Below are positions 52,556 to 64,000 of a stretch of 64,000 bases of DNA, piece by piece. Position 1 is the first letter of the stretch, and each line of letters starts with the position of its first letter. The DNA is taken from NCBI RefSeq assembly GCF_001677475.2, contig NZ_CP015229.1; one strand, written 5' to 3'. This stretch comes from Escherichia coli. GTDB taxonomy: Bacteria > Pseudomonadota > Gammaproteobacteria > Enterobacterales > Enterobacteriaceae. Under the pieces are notes generated by a model. It saw only the letters and a list, made by a program, of their open reading frames with translations, was not told the origin of the DNA and did not search any database. The translations under genes were made by a program, and so were the position numbers.

Positions 52556-53322
52556 GCCGATGCCTCCAGAAATCCGGTCAGCGGGCTGGTGGCATGAGCA
52601 AAATGACTGCGGCTGCCCGGTCCGGCCTGACGTGCCAGCAGGCCTGCTTCTACCGCCAGGCGAAATGCCTTCGCCATGTTGACGGGATCGTCCGCGACGG
52701 CAATCGCCGTATTCACTAACACCGCGTCGGCCCCCATTTCCAGCGCCTGCGCGGCATGGCTGGGAACGCCGATGCCAGCGTCGACAACCACCGGAACCGT
52801 GGCTTGCTGGATAATAATCTCCAGCATGGCACGGGTTTCCAGTCCCTGATTCGAGCCAATCGGCGCGCCGAGCGGCATCACCGCTGCACAGCCGACTTCT
52901 TCCAGACGTTTACACAATACCGGATCGGCCCCGCAGTAAGGCAGCACGACAAATCCCTGTTGTACCAGCGTTTCGGCGGCTTTCAGGGTTTCGATGGGAT
53001 CGGGCAACAGCCAGCGGGCGTCAGGGTGAATCTCTAATTTTAGCCAGTTTGTGCCTAACGCTTCACGTGCCAGATGGGCGGCGAAAATGGCTTCTTCCGC
53101 TGTTTTCGCCCCGGATGTATTCGGTAGCAGGGTCACACCCGCCGCGATAAGCGGTTCGAGGATAGCGTCGTTGTGCTGGCGCAAGTCGACACGTTTCATC
53201 GCCAGCGTCACCAGTTGGCTGCCGGAAGCGCGAATAGACTCCACCATCAGTTGTGATGAGGCGAATTTCCCGGTGCCGGTAAACAGATGTGAATCAAACG
53301 TTTTGTCCGCAATACGTAACAT
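52552..53322 (-). CDS. thiG: Thiazole synthase
   Basis: ORF-track 52552..53580 trimmed to Met at 53322 ([20 protein letters not shown]..), 256 aa. Confidence 0.93.
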   Translation of the reverse strand: MLRIADKTFDSHLFTGTGKFASSQLMVESIRASGSQLVTLAMKRVDLRQHNDAILEPLIAAGVTLLPNTSGAKTAEEAIFAAHLAREALGTNWLKLEIHPDARWLLPDPIETLKAAETLVQQGFVVLPYCGADPVLCKRLEEVGCAAVMPLGAPIGSNQGLETRAMLEIIIQQATVPVVVDAGIGVPSHAAQALEMGADAVLVNTAIAVADDPVNMAKAFRLAVEAGLLARQAGPGSRSHFAHATSPLTGFLEASA

Positions 53323-53323
53323 C

Positions 53324-53524
53324 TCAACCCCCTGCAATAACCTGAAAAAGCAGGATCTGGTCGCCATCCTGCACGATATGTTGCGCCCACTGCTCACGCG
53401 GGACGATTTGCTGATTAATCGCCAGAGCCGCGCCCGCTTGTCGTTGGTCGAGTTGCTCCAGTAGTTCGTGAACCGTTTGCCCGGCGGCGCACTGCATCGG
53501 TTGATCGTTAAACAGGATCTGCAT
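53324..53524 (-). CDS. thiS: Sulfur carrier protein ThiS (C-terminal Gly-Gly)
   Basis: ORF-track 53324..53551 trimmed to Met at 53524 ([15 protein letters not shown].. ..FQVIAGG), 66 aa. Confidence 0.9.
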   Translation of the reverse strand: MQILFNDQPMQCAAGQTVHELLEQLDQRQAGAALAINQQIVPREQWAQHIVQDGDQILLFQVIAGG

Positions 53525-54263
53525 TGCTTCCTCCGCATACTGGGCAACCACTGGCGCGGCGCAGCGCCAGGCTGCGCCACTGGCTAGACTTACCGTCGAA
53601 CAGTCGGAGTTCTCCCGCAGGCGTCTCTATACCGCTTAATAACTTAATGGCTTCCAGTGCCTGCAAAGTGCCCATAACCCCGACGACCGGGCCAACCACG
53701 CCCGCCGTGCGGCAGTTGCGTTCAGGCTCCTGGTTATCTGGCCACAGGCAGCGGTAACACCCCTGCTCCCAGGGCGGCGTCAGTACCATCAACTGACCGC
53801 CAAATCCGACCGCGCTGGCGGTGATAAGCGGCGTGTTGAGTGCCACGCAGGCGGCATTAATCTCCTGGCGAGTCGCCATATTGTCGGCACAGTCGAGCAC
53901 CACATCGGCTTGTGCAACCGCATCTTTTAACGCCTCACCCGTTAACCGTTGTTGTAGTGCTGTCAGTTGAATATCGGGATTCAACTGTGTCAGTCGCTGT
54001 TGGCTGACCTGCGATTTCGGGCGATCGATATCTTCAGTGGTAAAGAGGATTTGTCGTTGCAGATTGCTTAAATGCACATCGTCGTCATCTACCAGTACCA
54101 GCGTCCCGACGCCAGCGCCCGCCAGGTACAGCGCAGCAGGTGTCCCCAGCCCGCCAAGACCAATAATCAGCACCTGGCTATCGAGAAGTTTTTGCTGCCC
54201 GTCAAGAGCGATATCGTCGAGCAGGATTTGGCGGCTATAACGCATAAAATCACGGTCATTCAT
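53508..54263 (-). CDS. thiF: ThiS adenylyltransferase
   Basis: ORF-track 53508..54356 trimmed to Met at 54263 ([15 protein letters not shown]..), 251 aa; E1-like GLGGLG nucleotide-binding motif; C-terminal CPVCGG. Confidence 0.92.
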   Translation of the reverse strand: MNDRDFMRYSRQILLDDIALDGQQKLLDSQVLIIGLGGLGTPAALYLAGAGVGTLVLVDDDDVHLSNLQRQILFTTEDIDRPKSQVSQQRLTQLNPDIQLTALQQRLTGEALKDAVAQADVVLDCADNMATRQEINAACVALNTPLITASAVGFGGQLMVLTPPWEQGCYRCLWPDNQEPERNCRTAGVVGPVVGVMGTLQALEAIKLLSGIETPAGELRLFDGKSSQWRSLALRRASGCPVCGGSNADPV

Positions 54264-54890
54264 CGCCAACTCCTGCAATTTCCTGCAACTGTGCCGTTGC
54301 CAAACGCCAGTCTGCGGCTTGAGTAATGGCGCTGACAACGGCGATACTGCCGACACCCGTCGCCATTACCGCTGGCGCGCGCGCCAGACTGATACCGCCA
54401 ATCGCCACGGTGGGATAATCCGCCAGTCGCTCAACATGCCGTGCCAGCTGTTCCAGCCCCTGCGGTGCAGAAGGCATCTGTTTGGTTTGCGTCGGGAACA
54501 CATGTCCCAGCGCGATATAAGAAGGGCGTGCTGCCAGCGCGACGTCGATTTCCATATCATCATGGGTCGAAACGCCCAGCCGCAGACCAGCCGCGCGGAT
54601 GGCGCTGAGATCGGTGGCTTGCAAATCTTCCTGCCCCAAATGGACGCCATACGCCTGATGCTTGATCGCCAGCCGCCAGTAATCGTTGATAAACAATCGC
54701 GCGTTATAGCGGCGGCCCAGTGTAATTGCCGTCACGACATCGGCTTCCACCTCTTCATCGCGCCGATCTTTGATGCGTAGCTGGAGAGTACGTACACCTG
54801 CATCCAACAGACGTTCGATCCACTGTACGCTGTCCACCACCGGGTACAGTCCTAAACGAAAGGGTACAGGAGGAAAATCAGGCTGATACA

Positions 54891-54891
<1 letters not shown>
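54256..54891 (-). CDS. thiE: Thiamine-phosphate synthase
   Basis: ATG at 54891 ([20 protein letters not shown]..), 211 aa; start overlaps the thiC stop by 1 nt. Confidence 0.93.
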
Positions 54892-56965
<2,074 letters not shown>

Positions 56966-57018
56966 TTAGCCCCACACACGGGGCGTTGAATGTAAATTAC
57001 GCGTTAACAGCGTAGAAC

Positions 57019-57495
57019 TCAAGCGGGATGTTTGACGCGGGCGGCGTCAAGTACCAGCAGAATCAACTTATCTTCCAGCACAAAGCGTGCTTCCAGCGCC
57101 TCGCCGATGTCAGATAAAACCTGTTGAAACTCAAGGTAATTATCATGATCGATGGCGGTTTCCAGGCTGGAATCGTAGTAATCCATAATCTGTTGGGTAT
57201 TGGCTTCGAGTTGCGGCCAAATCTTCGCGGCGCGCGCGAGTTGCCCGTTGCCTTCCAGCTTATGAAGAATGCGCTCATAAATACTGAAATGTCCGGCAGA
57301 CAAGTAATCGACCAGGCTCTGACAAAAATCATCAAGGGCTTTTTCGTTTAGCCTCATGTACGATTCTTTGCCAGGCTTAATGCCAACCAGATTGTAGTAA
57401 GCCACGAGCAGATGCTTACGTACATGTAGCCAGCGATCAACCAGTTTGTTACTTCCTCTGACGCGCTCCGTCAGGTTATCGAGCTGGTTAAGCAT
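57019..57495 (-). CDS. rsd: Anti-sigma-70 factor Rsd
   Basis: 158-aa ORF, MLNQLDNLTERVRGSNKLVDRWLHVRKHLLVAYYNL.. Confidence 0.95.
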   Translation of the reverse strand: MLNQLDNLTERVRGSNKLVDRWLHVRKHLLVAYYNLVGIKPGKESYMRLNEKALDDFCQSLVDYLSAGHFSIYERILHKLEGNGQLARAAKIWPQLEANTQQIMDYYDSSLETAIDHDNYLEFQQVLSDIGEALEARFVLEDKLILLVLDAARVKHPA

Positions 57496-57589
57496 GATTG
57501 ACTCCGCAAGTTTGTATTCAAAAACTGCTCTGTGAGAAATGTAAAAACCATGTTAAACATGCCAGTGATGCAAAGGTAGTGCAAGAGCT

Positions 57590-58363
57590 ATGGATCGTAT
57601 AATTGAAAAATTAGATCACGGCTGGTGGGTCGTCAGCCATGAACAAAAATTATGGTTGCCGAAGGGAGAATTGCCATATGGCGAAGCGGCAAATTTCGAT
57701 CTTGTGGGTCAGCGCGCACTACAAATCGGCGAATGGCAGGGGGAACCTGTTTGGTTAGTACAACAGCAGCGGCGTCACGATATGGGGTCGGTACGTCAGG
57801 TCATTGATCTCGATGTTGGGCTGTTTCAACTGGCCGGACGTGGCGTGCAACTGGCGGAGTTTTACCGATCGCATAAATACTGTGGTTACTGCGGGCATGA
57901 AATGTATCCAAGCAAAACCGAATGGGCGATGCTGTGCAGCCATTGCCGTGAGCGTTACTACCCGCAAATCGCCCCCTGCATTATTGTTGCCATCCGTCGC
58001 GATGATTCGATCCTCCTCGCCCAGCATACCCGCCATCGTAACGGTGTCCATACAGTACTTGCCGGATTCGTCGAAGTGGGTGAAACCCTCGAGCAGGCAG
58101 TCGCGCGGGAAGTGATGGAAGAGAGCGGCATCAAAGTCAAAAATCTGCGTTATGTGACCTCCCAACCGTGGCCGTTTCCCCAGTCTTTAATGACCGCGTT
58201 TATGGCGGAATATGACAGCGGCGAGATCGTGATCGACCCGAAAGAATTGCTCGAGGCGAACTGGTATCGCTATGACGATTTGCCATTACTCCCGCCGCCC
58301 GGCACTGTAGCGCGCCGTCTGATAGAAGATACGGTGGCGATGTGTCGGGCAGAGTATGAGTGA
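57590..58363 (+). CDS. nudC: NADH pyrophosphatase / RNA decapping Nudix hydrolase
   Basis: 257-aa ORF; zinc-binding [12 protein letters not shown]; Nudix box [22 protein letters not shown]. Confidence 0.95.
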   Translation: MDRIIEKLDHGWWVVSHEQKLWLPKGELPYGEAANFDLVGQRALQIGEWQGEPVWLVQQQRRHDMGSVRQVIDLDVGLFQLAGRGVQLAEFYRSHKYCGYCGHEMYPSKTEWAMLCSHCRERYYPQIAPCIIVAIRRDDSILLAQHTRHRNGVHTVLAGFVEVGETLEQAVAREVMEESGIKVKNLRYVTSQPWPFPQSLMTAFMAEYDSGEIVIDPKELLEANWYRYDDLPLLPPPGTVARRLIEDTVAMCRAEYE

Positions 58364-58402
58364 TGATACACTGACCGCCTGACGCACTAAGGAACAGCCA
58401 AA

Positions 58403-59467
58403 ATGACCGAACTTAAAAACGATCGTTATCTGCGGGCGCTGCTGCGCCAGCCCGTTGATGTCACTCCAGTATGGATGATGCGCCAGGCGGGTCGCTATCT
58501 ACCAGAATATAAAGCCACGCGTGCTCAGGCGGGCGATTTTATGTCGCTGTGCAAAAACGCCGAACTGGCGTGCGAAGTGACTTTGCAGCCGCTGCGTCGC
58601 TATCCGTTGGACGCGGCGATCCTCTTTTCCGATATCCTCACCGTGCCGGACGCGATGGGGTTAGGGCTCTATTTTGAAGCCGGAGAAGGTCCTCGTTTTA
58701 CCTCGCCAGTCACCTGCAAAGCTGACGTTGATAAACTGCCAATTCCGGATCCGGAAGATGAACTGGGTTACGTGATGAACGCGGTGCGTACCATTCGCCG
58801 CGAACTGAAAGGCGAAGTGCCGCTGATTGGTTTTTCCGGCAGTCCGTGGACGCTGGCGACCTACATGGTGGAAGGCGGCAGCAGCAAAGCGTTCACCGTG
58901 ATCAAAAAAATGATGTATGCCGATCCGCAGGCGCTGCATGCTCTGCTCGATAAACTGGCGAAAAGCGTCACTTTGTATCTGAATGCGCAGATTAAAGCCG
59001 GTGCTCAGGCTGTGATGATTTTCGACACCTGGGGCGGCGTGCTTACCGGGCGCGATTATCAACAGTTCTCGCTTTATTACATGCATAAAATTGTTGATGG
59101 TTTACTGCGTGAAAACGACGGTCGCCGCGTACCGGTCACGCTGTTTACCAAAGGCGGCGGACAGTGGCTGGAAGCCATGGCAGAAACCGGTTGCGATGCG
59201 CTGGGCCTCGACTGGACAACGGATATCGCCGATGCGCGCCGCCGCGTGGGCAATAAAGTCGCGTTGCAGGGTAATATGGATCCGTCGATGCTGTACGCGC
59301 CGCCAGCCCGCATTGAAGAAGAAGTAGCGACTATACTTGCAGGTTTCGGTCACGGCGAAGGTCATGTCTTTAACCTTGGTCACGGCATTCATCAGGATGT
59401 GCCGCCAGAACATGCTGGCGTGTTTGTGGAGGCAGTGCATCGCTTATCTGAACAGTATCACCGCTAA
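58403..59467 (+). CDS. hemE: Uroporphyrinogen decarboxylase
   Basis: 354-aa [39 protein letters not shown].. Confidence 0.96.
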   Translation: MTELKNDRYLRALLRQPVDVTPVWMMRQAGRYLPEYKATRAQAGDFMSLCKNAELACEVTLQPLRRYPLDAAILFSDILTVPDAMGLGLYFEAGEGPRFTSPVTCKADVDKLPIPDPEDELGYVMNAVRTIRRELKGEVPLIGFSGSPWTLATYMVEGGSSKAFTVIKKMMYADPQALHALLDKLAKSVTLYLNAQIKAGAQAVMIFDTWGGVLTGRDYQQFSLYYMHKIVDGLLRENDGRRVPVTLFTKGGGQWLEAMAETGCDALGLDWTTDIADARRRVGNKVALQGNMDPSMLYAPPARIEEEVATILAGFGHGEGHVFNLGHGIHQDVPPEHAGVFVEAVHRLSEQYHR

Positions 59468-59476
59468 GGAGTGATT

Positions 59477-60148
59477 ATGGATCTCGCGTCATTACGCGCT
59501 CAACAAATCGAACTGGCTTCTTCTGTGATCCGCGAGGATCGACTCGATAAAGATCCGCCGGATCTGATCGCCGGAGCCGATGTCGGGTTTGAGCAGGGCG
59601 GAGAAGTGACGCGAGCGGCGATGGTGCTGCTGAAATACCCCTCGCTTGAGCTGGTGGAGTATAAAGTGGCCCGCATCGCCACCACCATGCCTTACATTCC
59701 AGGTTTTCTTTCCTTCCGCGAATATCCTGCGCTGCTGGCAGCGTGGGAGATGCTGTCGCAAAAGCCGGATTTAGTGTTTGTCGATGGTCACGGGATCTCG
59801 CATCCTCGCCGTCTTGGCGTCGCCAGCCACTTTGGTTTGCTGGTGGATGTGCCGACCATTGGCGTGGCGAAAAAACGGCTCTGCGGTAAATTCGAACCGC
59901 TCTCCAGCGAACCGGGCGCGCTGGCCCCACTGATGGATAAAGGCGAGCAGCTGGCCTGGGTCTGGCGCAGCAAAGCGCGCTGTAACCCGTTGTTTATCGC
60001 TACCGGTCATCGGGTCAGCGTGGACAGCGCGCTGGCGTGGGTACAACGCTGCATGAAAGGCTATCGTCTGCCGGAGCCAACGCGCTGGGCGGACGCGGTG
60101 GCCTCGGAACGTCCGGCGTTCGTGCGCTATACAGCAAATCAGCCCTAA
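59477..60148 (+). CDS. nfi: Endonuclease V
   Basis: ORF-track 59471..60148 (GTG) trimmed to ATG 59477 ([17 protein letters not shown]..), 223 aa. Confidence 0.92.
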
Positions 60149-60190
60149 TTCAGGTAAACTGCGGATAATTTCCGTATTTGAGAACTCAAC

Positions 60191-60781
60191 ATGTTACAAA
60201 ACCCAATTCATCTGCGTCTGGAGCGCCTGGAAAGCTGGCAGCATGTCACTTTCATGGCTTGCTTATGCGAACGCATGTACCCCAATTACGCCATGTTTTG
60301 CCAGCAAACCGGTTTTGGCGATGGGCAAATTTACCGCCGTATTCTCGATCTCATCTGGGAAACGCTGACCGTCAAAGACGCAAAAGTAAATTTCGACAGC
60401 CAACTGGAGAAATTTGAAGAAGCGATTCCTTCAGCCGACGATTTCGATCTGTACGGCGTTTATCCGGCAATCGATGCATGCGTGGCGTTAAGTGAACTGG
60501 TCCATTCGCGTTTGAGTGGTGAAACGCTCGAACACGCGGTAGAAGTGAGTAAGACCTCCATCACAACCGTTGCGATGCTGGAAATGACTCAGGCTGGTCG
60601 CGAAATGAGCGATGAAGAGCTCAAAGAAAACCCAGCTGTAGAGCAAGAATGGGATATTCAGTGGGAAATATTCCGACTTTTAGCTGAGTGCGAAGAACGC
60701 GACATCGAGCTGATAAAAGGCCTTAGGGCAGACCTGCGTGAGGCGGGTGAGAGCAATATTGGTATAATTTTTCAGCAATAA
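60191..60781 (+). CDS. yjaG: DUF416-family protein
   Basis: 196-aa ORF, MLQNPIHLRLERLESWQHVTFMACLCERMYPNY.. Confidence 0.88.
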   Translation: MLQNPIHLRLERLESWQHVTFMACLCERMYPNYAMFCQQTGFGDGQIYRRILDLIWETLTVKDAKVNFDSQLEKFEEAIPSADDFDLYGVYPAIDACVALSELVHSRLSGETLEHAVEVSKTSITTVAMLEMTQAGREMSDEELKENPAVEQEWDIQWEIFRLLAECEERDIELIKGLRADLREAGESNIGIIFQQ

Positions 60782-60967
60782 GACCAGAAAACGTGATTTA
60801 ACGCCTGATTTGTCGTACCTGGAGTCTTCCCTTTCGCCCCCCGTCTGGTCTACATTTGGGGGGCGAAAAAAAGTGGCTATCGGTGCGTGTATGCAGGAGA
60901 GTGCTATTCTGGCATTTCCGTCGCACTCGATGCTTAGCAAGCGATAAACACATTGTAAGGATAACTT

Positions 60968-61240
60968 ATGAACAAGACTCAACTGATTGATGTAATTGCA
61001 GAGAAAGCAGAACTGTCCAAAACCCAGGCTAAAGCTGCTCTGGAGTCCACTCTGGCTGCAATTACTGAGTCTCTGAAAGAAGGCGATGCTGTACAACTGG
61101 TTGGTTTCGGTACCTTCAAAGTGAACCACCGCGCTGAGCGTACTGGCCGCAACCCGCAGACCGGTAAAGAAATCAAAATTGCCGCAGCTAACGTACCGGC
61201 ATTTGTTTCTGGCAAGGCACTGAAAGACGCAGTTAAGTAA
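60968..61240 (+). CDS. hupA: DNA-binding protein HU-alpha
   Basis: 90-aa [93 protein letters not shown]. Confidence 0.98.
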
Positions 61241-61252
61241 GATTGCGTGGCA

Positions 61253-61948
61253 GTGAACAGTTTTAACGAAGGGGTGGTTTCACCCCTTTTGTCTTTCTGG
61301 CGTCGATCATTGATGCTGGCTGGTGCTCTGTTTCTCACTGCCTGTAGCCACAACTCTTCACTTCCTCCCTTTACCGCCAGTGGATTTGCTGAAGACCAGG
61401 GCGCGGTACGTATCTGGCGAAAAGACAGCGGCGATAATGTGCATCTGCTTGCCGTGTTTAGCCCGTGGCGCAGTGGCGATACCACGACGCGAGAGTATCG
61501 CTGGCAGGGCGATAACCTCACGCTCATCAATATCAATGTTTACAGCAAACCGCCGGTGAACATTCGTGCGCGTTTTGACGATCGCGGCGATCTGAGCTTT
61601 ATGCAACGTGAATCCGATGGGGAAAAGCAGCAGCTTTCTAACGACCAAATCGATTTATACCGTTATCGTGCTGATCAGATCCGCCAGATTAGCGATGCCT
61701 TACGTCAGGGGAGAGTCGTGCTGCGCCAGGGGCGCTGGCATGCGATGGAACAGACCGTGACCACCTGCGAAGGGCAAACCATTAAACCTGATTTAGATTC
61801 GCAGGCGATAGCGCATATCGAGCGCCGCCAGAGCCGCTCTTCTGTTGATGTCAGCGTGGCATGGCTGGAAGCGCCCGAAGGTTCGCAATTACTGTTAGTG
61901 GCAAACTCTGATTTCTGTCGCTGGCAACCCAACGAGAAAACGTTCTGA
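61253..61948 (+). CDS. yjaH: Putative lipoprotein (DUF1481)
   Basis: ORF-track 61247..61948 from GTG; start tentatively placed at the second GTG (61253, 231 aa); lipobox-like LTAC; exact start uncertain. Confidence 0.8.
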   Translation: MNSFNEGVVSPLLSFWRRSLMLAGALFLTACSHNSSLPPFTASGFAEDQGAVRIWRKDSGDNVHLLAVFSPWRSGDTTTREYRWQGDNLTLININVYSKPPVNIRARFDDRGDLSFMQRESDGEKQQLSNDQIDLYRYRADQIRQISDALRQGRVVLRQGRWHAMEQTVTTCEGQTIKPDLDSQAIAHIERRQSRSSVDVSVAWLEAPEGSQLLLVANSDFCRWQPNEKTF

Positions 61949-61949
61949 T

Positions 61950-62375
61950 TTACCAGTGGCCCATACCCATATGACCGCCACCACCGCAGCCGCCGTAGCC
62001 CATGCCCATTCCGGCTCCGCGCGGAATACCCGCTTCAGCCATCGCAATATCCCGTTTCACCCGTAACTCATCTAACGACTGACGCAAATTCTCCATCTCT
62101 TTGGCGACCGCGTTAATTTTGCTGCTATCCGGTGGGTTCGCGGCTAACAGGGCATTGTATTCATAACGCTTCGTCACCAGTTGCTGTTGCAGTGCGCTGC
62201 TTTGAGCGTAAAAGTCATTATGGATTTTCTGCCACGCTGTCTGTTGTTCGCTGGTCAAAGGCGCGGCATTTTGCTGCCACATACCGTGTCCGCCGTGAGC
62301 AAATGCAGATGTCGATCCCATCGCCATTGCTGAAAGCGCCATCATTACCAGGGCAATTTTCGTGTTCCGTTTCAT
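61950..62375 (-). CDS. zraP: Periplasmic zinc-responsive envelope-stress protein ZraP
   Basis: ORF-track 61950..62516 trimmed to Met at 62375 (MKRNTKIALVMMALSAMAMGSTSAFA..), 141 aa; signal peptide; Gly/His/Met-rich C-terminus. Confidence 0.92.
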   Translation of the reverse strand: MKRNTKIALVMMALSAMAMGSTSAFAHGGHGMWQQNAAPLTSEQQTAWQKIHNDFYAQSSALQQQLVTKRYEYNALLAANPPDSSKINAVAKEMENLRQSLDELRVKRDIAMAEAGIPRGAGMGMGYGGCGGGGHMGMGHW

Positions 62376-62409
62376 GGTTAATCCTCCAGTGGTTGTCTTA
62401 CTTCGGGTA

Positions 62410-62427
62410 TTGCATCTTCCGTGCCAA
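62410..62427 (-). promoter_or_regulatory. Sigma-54 (-24/-12) promoter of zraP
   Basis: Minus strand reads TTGGCACGGAAGATGCAA (GG..N10..GC), about 35 bp upstream of the zraP ATG. Confidence 0.8.
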
Positions 62428-62468
62428 CGATGAAACGCTGATATGACGGGTAATCTGGCATGATAAAC

Positions 62469-62515
62469 GAGTAAAAATGACTCGCCTGCTGCGGGTAGCG
62501 AGTCATTTTTACTCA
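62469..62515. promoter_or_regulatory. ZraR enhancer-binding palindrome
   Basis: Perfect 17-bp inverted repeat GAGTAAAAATGACTCGC .. GCGAGTCATTTTTACTC between the divergent sigma-54 promoters. Confidence 0.8.
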
Positions 62516-62565
62516 TTGAAACTTAAGCCTTTGTGTTACAGCGCAGGGTAAGCGCTGATAAAAGA

Positions 62566-62581
62566 TGGCATGATTTCTGCT
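62566..62581 (+). promoter_or_regulatory. Sigma-54 (-24/-12) promoter of zraSR
   Basis: TGGCATGATTTCTGCT about 30 bp upstream of the zraS start. Confidence 0.75.
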
Positions 62582-62612
62582 GTCAGAAAGGGATGAGCAG
62601 GCAAAGAAGAAG

Positions 62613-63989
62613 ATGCGTTTTATGCAACGTTCTAAAGACTCCTTAGCTAAATGGTTAAGCGCGATCCTCCCCGTGGTCATTGTTGGGCTGGTGGGGCTGT
62701 TTGCGGTGACTGTGATTCGCGATTATGGGCGCGAGACTGCCGCCGCCAGACAAACGCTGCTGGAAAAAGGCAGTGTACTTATCCGTGCTCTCGAATCCGG
62801 CTCGCGCGTCGGCATGGGGATGCGCATGCATCATGCGCAGCAGCAGGCATTACTGGAAGAAATGGCCGGGCAGCCTGGTGTACGTTGGTTTGCGGTCACG
62901 GATGAACAAGGAACAATCGTGATGCATAGCAACTCCGGCATGGTGGGAAAACAGCTTTATTCCCCGCAGGAAATGCAGCAGTTACATCCGGGAGATGAAG
63001 AAGCGTGGCGGCGGATCGATAGCGCAGACGGCGAGCCTGTTCTGGAAATTTATCGCCAGTTTCAACCGATGTTTGCTGCTGGAATGCACCGGATGCGCCA
63101 TATGCAGCAGTATGCCGCGACACCACAAGCAATTTTCATCGCTTTCGACGCCAGTAATATTGTGAGTGCCGAAGATCGTGAGCAGAGAAACACCCTGATT
63201 ATCCTTTTCGCCCTGGCGACGGTCTTGCTGGCAAGCGTATTGTCATTCTTCTGGTATCGCCGCTATCTGCGCTCGCGCCAGCTTCTACAAGATGAAATGA
63301 AGCGCAAAGAGAAGCTGGTGGCGCTGGGGCATCTTGCGGCAGGCGTTGCCCACGAAATCCGTAACCCACTTTCCTCGATTAAAGGACTGGCGAAATACTT
63401 TGCCGAGCGCGCGCCTGCAGGGGGAGAAGCGCATCAACTGGCGCAGGTGATGGCGAAAGAGGCCGACCGTTTAAACCGCGTGGTAAGCGAGTTGCTGGAA
63501 CTGGTTAAGCCAACGCATCTGGCTTTGCAGGCGGTGGATCTCAACACGCTGATTAACCACTCATTACAGCTGGTAAGCCAGGATGCAAACAGCCGGGAGA
63601 TCCAGTTACGCTTTACCGCCAACGACACATTACCGGAAATTCAGGCCGATCCGGACAGGCTGACTCAGGTCCTGTTGAATCTCTATCTCAATGCTATTCA
63701 GGCGATTGGTCAGCATGGCGTGATTAGCGTGACGGCCAGCGAAAGCGGCGCGGGCGTGAAAATTAGCGTTACCGACAGCGGTAAGGGAATTGCGGCAGAT
63801 CAGCTTGAAGCCATCTTCACCCCGTACTTCACCACCAAAGCCGAAGGCACCGGACTGGGGCTGGCGGTCGTGCATAATATTGTTGAACAACACGGTGGTA
63901 CAATTCAGGTCGCAAGCCAGGAGGGAAAAGGCGCAACGTTCACCCTCTGGCTTCCGGTCAATATTACGCGTAAGGACCCACAAGGATGA
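62613..63989 (+). CDS. zraS: Sensor histidine kinase ZraS
   Basis: 458-aa ORF; two TM segments flanking a periplasmic domain; H-box HLAAGVAHEIRNPL; G-boxes in the ATPase domain. Confidence 0.93.
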   Translation: MRFMQRSKDSLAKWLSAILPVVIVGLVGLFAVTVIRDYGRETAAARQTLLEKGSVLIRALESGSRVGMGMRMHHAQQQALLEEMAGQPGVRWFAVTDEQGTIVMHSNSGMVGKQLYSPQEMQQLHPGDEEAWRRIDSADGEPVLEIYRQFQPMFAAGMHRMRHMQQYAATPQAIFIAFDASNIVSAEDREQRNTLIILFALATVLLASVLSFFWYRRYLRSRQLLQDEMKRKEKLVALGHLAAGVAHEIRNPLSSIKGLAKYFAERAPAGGEAHQLAQVMAKEADRLNRVVSELLELVKPTHLALQAVDLNTLINHSLQLVSQDANSREIQLRFTANDTLPEIQADPDRLTQVLLNLYLNAIQAIGQHGVISVTASESGAGVKISVTDSGKGIAADQLEAIFTPYFTTKAEGTGLGLAVVHNIVEQHGGTIQVASQEGKGATFTLWLPVNITRKDPQG

Positions 63990-64000
63990 CGCACGATAAT
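63986..64000 (+). CDS. zraR: Sigma-54-dependent response regulator ZraR, first 5 codons only (runs off window end)
   Basis: ATGACGCACGATAAT (MTHDN) overlapping the zraS stop as ATGA; identity from context. Confidence 0.6.

Noticed and set aside
62456-62471. Second TGGCA motif (TGGCATGATAAACGAG) in the zraP-zraS spacer as an additional sigma-54 promoter
   Set aside because: It lacks a GC/TGC -12 element at the correct spacing and overlaps the ZraR palindrome; it is more likely part of the enhancer site.

Overview
This 64 kb window reads as a chromosomal segment of an Escherichia coli-type genome, matching the K-12 89-90 min region in gene order but not K-12 itself. Calls rest on reading the sequence and ORF track against recalled protein and RNA sequences; no database search was run. 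It is almost entirely conserved housekeeping DNA: ptsA (partial), frwC-frwB-pflD-pflC-frwD, yijO, eptC, ppc, argE/argCBH, oxyS/oxyR, sthA, fabR-yijD, trmA, btuB-murI, the complete rrnB operon, murB-birA, coaA, thrU-tyrU-glyT-thrT-tufB, secE-nusG, rplKAJL-rpoBC, thiCEFSGH, rsd, nudC-hemE-nfi-yjaG, hupA, yjaH and zraP/zraSR. I found no CRISPR array, IS element, integrase, prophage or recognisable defence or toxin-antitoxin locus. The one clearly accessory piece is a two-gene module between sthA and fabR (an M20D-type amidohydrolase plus an MHS-family permease) preceded by a very AT-rich leader. The most under-explained core locus is the frw operon, where PflD carries an eliminase-type glycyl radical active-site signature rather than a pyruvate formate-lyase one. 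Gene starts were corrected from the ORF track where the longest ORF overshoots the known N-terminus. The track's M at GTG starts (e.g. rpoC, yjaH) reflects alternative start codons.
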